From Trichoplax adhaerens (taxonomy: Eukaryota; Animalia; Placozoa), in contig NW_002061257.1 in NCBI RefSeq assembly GCF_000150275.1, forward strand, positions 1-7,197: a stretch of 7,197 nt of DNA, given 5' to 3'. Position numbers and translations under genes: made by a program. Positions 1-7,197 of the stretch are shown here, one piece after another (position 1 is the stretch's first letter; every line of letters starts with the position of its first letter). The notes beneath the pieces are model-generated. The model had not been told where the DNA came from and searched no databases. It saw only the letters and a program-made list of their open reading frames with translations.

Positions 1-201
1 ACGATCAATTATTGCGACGCTTTCCTTGCTTTATTGCTCTATTATACGCTTTTAAGTAATTTTTGCTTTGGATACCAGTACCTATCCAAATATCATTCAA
101 ATATGATATACAACAGATAGAAAAATAAAATTTTATTAGTGGAGCAAAGGTTACGAATGTGAAGTGATATCAAGGGAATGACCAAGGTTCCTTATATTTA
201 C

Positions 202-332
202 CATGATCGCTTGCGCGCATATCCATTGGCTAGTATTACTATTTCCTCTATAGGCAATAAAACAGGAATGTCTCCTTGATTGTCCGAAAATTTAATGCGA
301 TGCATTACGGTATCATCATCCAATGTAACATC
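202..332 (-). CDS. TTC27: TTC27 exon 12 (DVTLDDDTVMHRIKFSDNQGDIPVLLPIEEIVILANG...), 3' boundary uncertain
   Basis: TTTAG acceptor; LDDDT and LxxEExxIL motifs. Homology appears to end at 223; the next GT donor after that point is at 201. Confidence 0.85.
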
Positions 333-2713
333 CTAAATTTCAGTACAGAATTAAAACAGTTCAAATAATTATACAATTAGAATCTTAGAAAAATATTCCG
401 AATTCTATTTTAACGTTATCTACTCAAGTAAGTGTAAAAGCGAGTGCTGTCATACTTTCGGAAGGGCAGCAGTTTCCAATTTCGAAAATTCTTCTATACT
501 TATCCGATTATCTATTTAGAAAAGAAAGCACACGACTAACAACAATCCAATGACACATTAACTTAAAAATTCTACATGATACAGGTCTAGGCTATGTAGC
601 AATGATAACTTCCTGCTCACAAATACAGTTACAAACCTTTCAGCGTTTCGCACTTGATTGAAGCGGTAAGTTGAGCCAATTTTTTTTCCTGAAAACGAGT
701 ACGTTTTCCTAATCGACCTAATACCAAGGCGAAAGGATTTTAGTTATTGCATTAATAACGATATTAATCTGAATTATTAATTGTCGTACGACTGATACCT
801 GCTAGCTCCAACTTTAAGCCGATCACAGACTCAGCTTTTCGAAGCAATTTCTAAAAGAGTGAGATATGGTTCAATCAATTCAATTTGCTAATATGTGGTA
901 CTAGATCTAAAAAGTATCTATTTTGGTCATATACCTTAGCTTGAAAATAACCACAGTAACACCGTTTCAAGTGAGAAAATTCCACGTAGACTTGACAGCA
1001 AAGTAGCCTATCAATAATATTACATGAGCCATATTTATTAGATACAATGAAGTATTGAAAATGAACCTATTTTAAGGATATAAAACGATATTAAATCGAA
1101 CAAGTACAGATTCCTTACGATGGAAAATCTTCCTCTTGCAAAAGACCTTCGGTAACTAGGAATAAAAATACGCGTATGTCATTTACATTCAACGTAAACC
1201 TTGATGCTATATCTGGTATATTAAATCTTTGCATGAACATCAATCCGTTACCGTAAGATCTTACCTATGTCAATCTGTGCGAAAATCGCTTGCATGAGAT
1301 CTGGAATGGTATCGTTAAATAATTGCTGATGGGCATAAAGACATCTTATGCACCATATTGGAGCTGTCTATTGAAATACATAAAATACGTGTTACAGATA
1401 AAAGTACTTTTTTATTCAAACAGTAACATAGATGGACGATGCAGTACAACCCATGTACTAGTCGAGGAAGGATTTATGAAATCAATTGATTACTTAAATA
1501 TCTATTTTAAACTCTGAACTCGAACGTCCTTTGGAGATACAATAGTTTGTTACTACCTTTAGGCAGCTCAATTGATTTCGGCAATTAAATAATAATAATC
1601 GAGAGATCCATAAGAGACCGTAGAAATCAGCCAAAGGGTAAGGAGGCTAGAGGAAAAATTGGACCATGAGTAATAGCTATATATAGTATAATAAGCCCTG
1701 AAGATTTGTATCGTGTTGAAACCTTACTTCTTCATCGCAGCTGAGCAATTTTTGAGCACATGAATTTAGTTCTTGTACTCTAGGCAATGCGTCAGAAGCT
1801 ATTCTAGGGCCAGTCCAGTTGCATTGTATGAAGCATTGCAAATAAGCAACTCCAGCTACAAGGATCATTAAGTGCCTGCTCTCATGTAACCGAGAAATGA
1901 AAACGCAATCAGGTAAGGCTAATAAAACATCGTTGAGTGAGTGTCTACGATATGATATTACCTATCATTCGACTGATCTTCATCTACAGTTGACGATAAA
2001 TAGGAGGATACTTTATCTTGGATGAGATCTTGTGCCGTAGCTAAAGAAATCGAAATGACAGAAAAGAGCTGTCATACTACGAGTACAGTGCATTAAATAA
2101 GTGATCAAGAATTGACGTCATTACCGTCTTTCAAGAATAAGACATTGCTAATATCTTCTCCTAGTATATTGGCTGAGTTAACCAAATCTATCACGCCGAT
2201 AAAGTCACCATCACTCAATTTCTGCAGCATGCTAAGCAACGCTAATGGAAGAACAGGAAGAAATCGAGAACGTATATCATTAATGATCTTAAAGCAAGAC
2301 TGAGGTTATACTATGGCAATATCATCAGTGAAAATGCATTGTAGATGCTATCACGTTATTATTTGATCAGTCATCGCTTGCGCTTGCAACATGAGCTATG
2401 GCTGCAGCCACATTCACAAGATTGAAAACAGATATATCAATCCTCTCTACCTTTACTACAGTCTACAAGTATTTCAACGTATGCAATACACAAACTGCTT
2501 TATCTGATAATCGTCAAGAAATCAACATTTCTTCCATGTCACAATTATTAATCACATTTACAACGATTCCCATTCGTTTCATTTTAATCTGTTGTGGTTA
2601 CCTTGGTTTCCACTTGCTCGCACCATCACTTCGATTTCCTTCTGATTTGCTTCATGATTTGCTAGATGGAAACCCAGTAAATAATATTCAATAAGACGAA
2701 CTCTATCTCCCAT
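202..2713 (-). CDS. TTC27: Tetratricopeptide repeat protein 27 (TTC27/yeast EMW1 family), 5' part, 12 exons, 3'-incomplete
   Basis: Manual splicing of exons 2713-2602, 2241-2125, 2040-1962, 1875-1728, 1646-1557, 1367-1265, 1155-1119, 1007-935, 850-799, 717-637, 511-456 and 332-(223 or 202). All 11 introns between them are GT-AG (81-360 nt), with compatible phases and no stops. The product contains VAGVAYLQCFIQCNWTGP, WCIRCLYAHQQL, LAGRLGKRTRFQEKKLAQL and LPKDVTLDDDT, matching TTC27 motifs recalled from the human protein (LGVSSLQLFVQSNWTGP, WWTLRCVNIHQHL, LTGALGKRTRFQENYVAQL, LELNDDT). Confidence 0.93.
456..511 (-). CDS. TTC27: TTC27 exon 11 (DNRISIEEFSKLETAALPK)
   Basis: TAG acceptor; AAA|GTATGA donor; phase 1-0; joins the next exon to give LPKDVTLDDDT. 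Confidence 0.85.
637..717 (-). CDS. TTC27: TTC27 exon 10 (GRLGKRTRFQEKKLAQLTASIKCETLK)
   Basis: LGKRTRFQ signature; TTAG acceptor; AAG|GTTTGT donor. Confidence 0.93.
799..850 (-). CDS. TTC27: TTC27 exon 9 (KLLRKAESVIGLKLELA)
   Basis: CTTTTAG acceptor; CAG|GTATCA donor; phase 0-1. Confidence 0.9.
935..1007 (-). CDS. TTC27: TTC27 exon 8 (LLCCQVYVEFSHLKRCYCGYFQAK)
   Basis: Aligns to the recalled human segment [26 protein letters not shown]/GT bounded; phase 2-0. Confidence 0.88.
1119..1155 (-). CDS. TTC27: TTC27 exon 7, 37 nt (TEGLLQEEDFPS)
   Basis: TTATTCCTAG acceptor; TC|GTAAGG donor; bridges phase 1 to phase 2 as the flanking exons require. Confidence 0.82.
1265..1367 (-). CDS. TTC27: TTC27 exon 6 (TAPIWCIRCLYAHQQLFNDTIPDLMQAIFAQIDI)
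   Basis: WxxRCxxxHQ motif; TAG acceptor; G|GTAAG donor. Confidence 0.9.
1557..1646 (-). CDS. TTC27: TTC27 exon 5 (PPYPLADFYGLLWISRLLLFNCRNQLSCLK)
   Basis: TTCCTCTAG acceptor; AAG|GTAGTA donor; phase 0-0. Confidence 0.88.
1728..1875 (-). CDS. TTC27: TTC27 exon 4 (HLMILVAGVAYLQCFIQCNWTGP...LLSCDEE)
   Basis: Contains the FxQxNWTGP signature; CAG acceptor; GAA|GTAAGG donor; overlaps ORF-track entry 1677..1868. Confidence 0.93.
1962..2040 (-). CDS. TTC27: TTC27 exon 3 (TAQDLIQDKVSSYLSSTVDEDQSNDR)
   Basis: TTCTTTAG acceptor; AG|GTAATA donor; phase 1-2. Confidence 0.85.
2125..2241 (-). CDS. TTC27: TTC27 exon 2 (LLSMLQKLSDGDFIGVIDLVNSANILGEDISNVLFLKD)
   Basis: Pyrimidine tract with TTAG acceptor; G|GTAATG donor; phase 1-1; open frame. 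Confidence 0.82.
2602..2713 (-). CDS. TTC27: TTC27 exon 1 (probable start exon) MGDRVRLIEYYLLGFHLANHEANQKEIEVMVRASGNQ
   Basis: ATG at 2713 with an in-frame upstream stop; donor G|GTAACC; phase 1 fits the next exon; the E..LLGF motif resembles the TTC27 N-terminus. Confidence 0.72.
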
Positions 2714-2892
2714 GTTGTATGCCTCTAAAGTTCCTTACAGCCTGCAGCAATATAAGGTTATAACTGATTTCCCATCCAGTTGAATTCTAAATGGAGACTG
2801 TAGGTACACTAATGCCCACTAGCTGCAATAAATGATCAGCTGAAATAGCATCACTTGNGGCTGCCATACGTCCAATAGTATCGAGGTCGTCC

Positions 2893-2942
2893 NNNNNNNN
2901 NNNNNNNNNNNNNNNNNNNNNNNNNNNNNNNNNNNNNNNNNN
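2893..2942. other. Assembly gap (50 N)
   Basis: Run of 50 N; the same length at all three gaps suggests a placeholder of unknown true size. Confidence 0.99.
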
Positions 2943-3347
2943 ATCAGTACGGAATTTCTTTATGAAATGACTTCATATATTCTAAGCAAAATTACTATCA
3001 AATGGATTAATGACCTCAAGATATCATTCCCAGTTGTCTAGAAGGATTCGTTTATCATAAGCGTTTGTAGAACAAGTAATTAATACGGAATTTCTTCATG
3101 AAATTACTTCATCAATTCCCTAGAACAGCACCAAGAACTGGATTAATGATATTAAAATGTCATTCTCAGTTGTCTTGAAGGATTCGTTTATCATAAGCGT
3201 TTGTAGAACAAGTAATCAGTACGAAATTTCTTCATGAAATTGCTTCACTAATTCTCTAGAACAGCGCCACGAATTGGATTAATGATATTAAAATGTCATT
3301 CTCAGTTGTTTAGAAGCATTCGTTTATCATAAGCGTTTGTACAACAA

Positions 3348-4428
3348 GTAATTAGTACGGAATTTCTTTATGAAATTACTTCATATATTCTAAGGAACAT
3401 TACTCTCAAATGGATTAATGACCTCAAGATGTCATTTCCAGTTGTCTAGAAGGATTCGTTTATCATAAGCATTTGTACAACAAGTAATCAGTACGGAATT
3501 TCTTCATGAAATTACTTCATTAATTCTCTAGAACAGCACCACGAATTGGATTAATGATATTAAATATCATTCTCAGTTGTCTTGAAGGATTCGTTTATCA
3601 TAAGCGTTTGTAGAACAAGTAATTAATACGGAATTTCTTCATGAAATTACTTCATTTATTCTCTAGAAATTACTTCACTAATTCTCTAGAACAGCGCCAC
3701 GAATTGGATTAATGATATTAAAATGTCATTCTCAGTTGTCTAGAAGCATTCGTTTATCATAAGCGTTTGTACAACAAGTAATTAGTACGGAATTTCTTTA
3801 TGAAATTACTTCATATATTCTAAGGAACATTACTCTCAAATGGATTAATGACCTCAAGATGTCATTTCCAGTTGTCTAGAAGGATTCGTTTATCATAAGC
3901 ATTTGTACAACAAGTAATCAGTACGGAATTTCTTCATGAAATTACTTCATTAATTCTCTAGAACAGCACCACGAATTGGATTAATGATATTAAATATCAT
4001 TCTCAGTTGTCTTGAAGGATTCGTTTATCATAAGCGTTTGTAGAACAAGTAATTAATACGGAATTTCTTCATGAAATTACTTCATTTATTCTCTAGAAAT
4101 TACTTCACTAATTCTCTAGAACAGCGCCACGAATTGGATTAATGATATTAAAATGTCATTCTCAGTTGTTTAGAAGCATTCGTTTATCATAAGCGTTTGT
4201 ACAACAAGTAATTAGTACGGAATTTCTTTATGAAATTACTTCATATATTCTAAGGAACATTACTCTCAAATGGATTAATGACCTCAAGATGTCATTTCCA
4301 GTTGTCTAGAAGGATTCGTTTATCATAAGCATTTGTACAACAAGTAATCAGTACGGAATTTCTTCATGAAATTACTTCATTAATTCTCTAGAACAGCACC
4401 ACGAATTGGATTAATGATATTAAATATC
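3348..4428. repeat. 430-bp higher-order repeat (136+135+159 bp), about 2.5 near-identical copies
   Basis: Diagnostic variants (TAAGGAACATTACTCTC monomer, 1-bp deletion monomer, 23-bp duplication monomer) recur at exactly 430-bp offsets (3348/3778/4208; 3643/4073). Confidence 0.93.
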
Positions 4429-4478
4429 NNNNNNNNNNNNNNNNNNNNNNNNNNNNNNNNNNNNNNNNNNNNNNNNNN
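4429..4478. other. Assembly gap (50 N) inside the tandem array
   Basis: Run of 50 N flanked by repeat monomers. Confidence 0.99.
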
Positions 4479-6265
4479 TAGAACAGCACCAAGAACTGGA
4501 TTAATGATATTAAAATGTCATTCTCAGTTGTCTAGAAGCATTCGTTTATCATAAGCGTTTGTAGAACAAGTAATCAGTACGGAATTTCTTCATGAAATTA
4601 CTTCATTAATTCTCTAGAACAGCACCAAGAACTGGATTAATGATATTAAAATGTCATTCTCAGTTGTCTAGAAGCATTCGTTTATCATAAGCGTTTGTAG
4701 AACAAGTAATCAGTACGGAATTTCTTTATGAAATTACTTCACTAATTCTCTAGAACAGCACCAAGAACTGGATTAATGATATTAAAATGTCATTCTCAGT
4801 TGTCTAGAAGCATTCGTTTATCATAAGCGTTTGTAGAACAAGTAATTAATACGGAATTTCTTCATGAAATTACTTCATCAATTCTCTAGAACAGCACCAA
4901 GAACTGGATTAATGATATTAAAATGTCATTCTCAGTTGTCTAGAAGCATTCGTTTATCATAAGCGTTTGTACAACAAGTAATCAGTACGGAATTTCTTTA
5001 TGAAATTACTTCACTAATTCTCTAGAACAGCACCAAGAACTGGATTAATGATATTAAAATGTCATTCTCAGTTGTCTAGAAGGATTCGTTTATCATAAGC
5101 GTTTGTAGAACAAGTAATTAATACGGAATTTCTTCATGAAATTACTTCATGAATTCTCTAGAACAGCACCAAGAACTGGATTAATGATATTAAAATGTCA
5201 TTCTCAGTTGTCTTGAAGGATTCGTTTATTATAGGCATTTGTAGAATAAGTAATTGGTATGGAATTTCTTCCTAAAATTACTGCATTAATTCTCTAAAGC
5301 AGCACCACGAATTGGATTAATGATATGAAAATGTCATTCCCAGTTGTCTAGAAGGATTCGTTTTATCATAAGCGTATGTAGAATAAGTAATTAGTACGAG
5401 ATTTCTTCATGGAATTAGTTCATTCATTCTATGGAATATTACTATCAAATGGATTAATGATCTCAAGATGTCATTTCCGGTTGTCTTGAAGGATTCATTT
5501 ATCATAAGCGTTTGTAGAATAAGTAATTGGTAAGGAATTTCTTCTTGAAATTAATTGATTCATTCTACAAAATATCACCATCAAATGGATCAATGACATT
5601 AAGATGTCATTTCCTGTTGTCTTGGAGAATTCGTTCATCATGAGCATTTATAAAATAAGTGATTAGTGTGGAACTACTTGATGAAATTAGCTCATTAACT
5701 CTACGGAACATCAACATCAAATGGATCAATAATACCAAGATCTCATTTCCAGTAGTCTTGGAGAACTCGTTTATTATAGGTATAATTGTCTGAGGATTAT
5801 GATCTTTTCCAAGGGTATAGTAATAACACTAGTTTCATGGCTCAGTTTTGATGGGTAGGATTGCTTCAATCCCACCAACTAATATTTATCTAAAAGCGAT
5901 ATCTATGGATTACTAGCAATCCATTAATTGAAGACTTATGGGACATAATTCAGGATTAAGTATTTCATACATCAAATACAAGTACAAACAGCTACTTACT
6001 GCCATATAGCAGAATGAAATAAATAAAGTGCAGGGAAAAGCATATTCTCAGTATATATTAATACATATTTATACCCATCTGCTGTTATAGAAACATTGAA
6101 ATGGATCAGTTGTAGATACTAGTAAATTACCCGTTTAAATGAACGGGAACATAATCTGCACAAAGCGACACATAAAAAGAAAATTCATATCTAGATTATC
6201 TTAATATATACGCTTCCTAACATAAGTGCAATACTATACAGTATAGTATAAATACACGTACTCAA

Positions 6266-6315
6266 NNNNNNNNNNNNNNNNNNNNNNNNNNNNNNNNNNN
6301 NNNNNNNNNNNNNNN
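6266..6315. other. Assembly gap (50 N)
   Basis: Run of 50 N. Confidence 0.99.
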
Positions 6316-6407
6316 TACAGTATGAGCAGTCATATGACAATACTGTATGTCATAGGAGTTCTATAGTAATCCTATACGGTCCTAATACAGCATACAGATT
6401 CATCTGT

Positions 6408-6500
6408 ACACGGCACGGACGTGACGGACCACATGTCATGCGGTGACGTCAATTTGATTCTTCAAACGAATTTACTCGATATTGTGGGCCAGTGACGCCA
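6408..6500. promoter_or_regulatory. Locally CpG-rich patch with a CRE palindrome and GTGACG motifs (candidate promoter)
   Basis: TGACGTCA at 6444-6451; GTGACG at 6421, 6443 and 6492; E-box CACATG at 6430-6435. Motif evidence only. Confidence 0.3.
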
Positions 6501-6573
6501 AGCACTCTATGGTGTTTTACTGCAATCTACTCTCTAAACCTTACCTTACTATCAGACGCTTTAAGCAAAATAG

Positions 6574-7197
6574 ATGTCACCCTATCTAGTTACACTACAA
6601 AACCAAAAGGGGCGTCTACCGAACGAATCCTCCAGAATTGACTGGAAGCTTCTGCCTATATCTACTGTATATATAAACAAATCAGCTCCATCATCAAGGA
6701 TAAATATGGAAGCAATCGGCTTTACTCATGCTAATTACGCCAATTCTGGCCCGTATATAAGCAAATTAGCTTCATCATCTATGATAAGTATGGAAGCAAT
6801 GGCATTACTCACGCTAATCTCGCCAATTGTATATTCTAGAAACGACTGGATTGCAGTTTCAAAGCCTATAAATACTAGCAATCCTGATCGATCGGATTCA
6901 GAAATCCATTTGGCAAACGTTTTCAAACACTGCAAAGACATACACCAAGCTCCAATTCACAGGATAATTAACGATTAGTTCATTCAAAATGGCATATACT
7001 ATCGTTTACCCAAGAAATAGCTACTATCAATCACCATACTGGTAAGTAATCCATTTGCACTTTATAAAAGTTGGTCTACATGCCGTGGAGCAAAGACTAC
7101 ACTTTGCAACAGTAATAAAAAAATTGCAGTGATCGTTGCCAATCATTATACTGTAGCAACGGTTAGCAAAATCGACTTAAAGTATGCATAGCAATCA
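6574..7197 (+). pseudogene. Probable decayed coding segment of an unidentified protein
   Basis: The frame of ORF 6574..6978 has only three stops (TAG at 6976, 7018, 7189) in 208 codons of AT-rich DNA. The internal duplication shows synonymous changes in a different frame, implying frameshifts. No family recognised. Confidence 0.35.
6670..6828 (+). repeat. Imperfect direct duplication, 6670-6745 and 6754-6828
   Basis: Hand alignment gives 10 mismatches and one 1-nt indel over 76 nt; the starts are 84 nt apart. Confidence 0.88.

Larger units (their letters stand above)
2943..5779. repeat. 136-bp tandem repeat (satellite-like) array, about 21 visible monomers, interrupted by an assembly gap
   Basis: The monomer marker (AA)GTAAT recurs at 3076, 3212, 3348, 3484, 3619, 3778, 3914, 4049, 4208, 4344, then 4570, 4706, 4842, 4978, 5114, 5250, 5387, 5523 and, as GTGAT, 5659. 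Spacing is 136 bp apart from 135, 137 and 159 variants. Confidence 0.97.

Noticed and set aside
155-180. TCCCTTGAT...AC on the minus strand as a U12 branch site and AC acceptor
   Set aside because: Splicing to these AC sites gives either an immediate stop or a peptide with no TTC27 similarity.
1677-1868. 63-aa minus-strand ORF as a standalone gene
   Set aside because: It is TTC27 exon 4 read through its donor at 1727 into the intron.
2113-2120. TGACGTCA in TTC27 intron 2
   Set aside because: It is an isolated 8-mer overlapping the donor region with no supporting context.
1323-2694. Plus-strand ORFs 1323..1517, 2112..2303 and 2398..2694
   Set aside because: They are antisense to TTC27 exons and introns, short, and show no recognisable protein features.
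2943-5779. CRISPR-like array
   Set aside because: The whole monomer is repeated with no unique spacers, there are no cas genes, and the context is an intron-containing eukaryotic gene.
2943-5779. Continuous unspliced repeat-protein ORF
   Set aside because: The 136-bp period is not a multiple of three, and the ORF track reports no ORF in the array.
6735-6941. 68-aa minus-strand ORF
   Set aside because: Its frame has many stops upstream and no recognisable motif; it is likely the antisense shadow of the plus-strand coding-like segment.
6574-7197. TAG stop-codon reassignment (all three stops in this frame are TAG)
   Set aside because: About 355 TTC27 codons contain no in-frame TAG, and frameshifts in the same region point to decay instead.

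Overview
AT-rich eukaryotic scaffold, probably an early-branching animal with a compact genome (placozoan-like; inferred from composition and short GT-AG introns), with three 50-N gaps (2893-2942, 4429-4478, 6266-6315). Bases ~202-2713 hold the 5' part of an intron-rich TTC27/EMW1 (tetratricopeptide repeat protein 27) gene on the minus strand. I reconstructed 12 exons by hand; they splice in phase into about 355 codons containing the FxQxNWTGP, LGKRTRFQ and LxDDT motifs, and the gene probably continues left of the window. Bases 2943-5779 are a 136-bp tandem repeat array of about 21 visible monomers, with a 430-bp higher-order block on the left, a homogeneous middle block and a diverged right edge. 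The terminal monomer looks like an intact 120-nt coding exon, which suggests the satellite arose from protein-coding DNA. The right end has a GTGACG/CRE motif cluster and a probably decayed plus-strand coding segment with an internal 84-bp-period duplication. No prokaryotic system or CRISPR array is supported.
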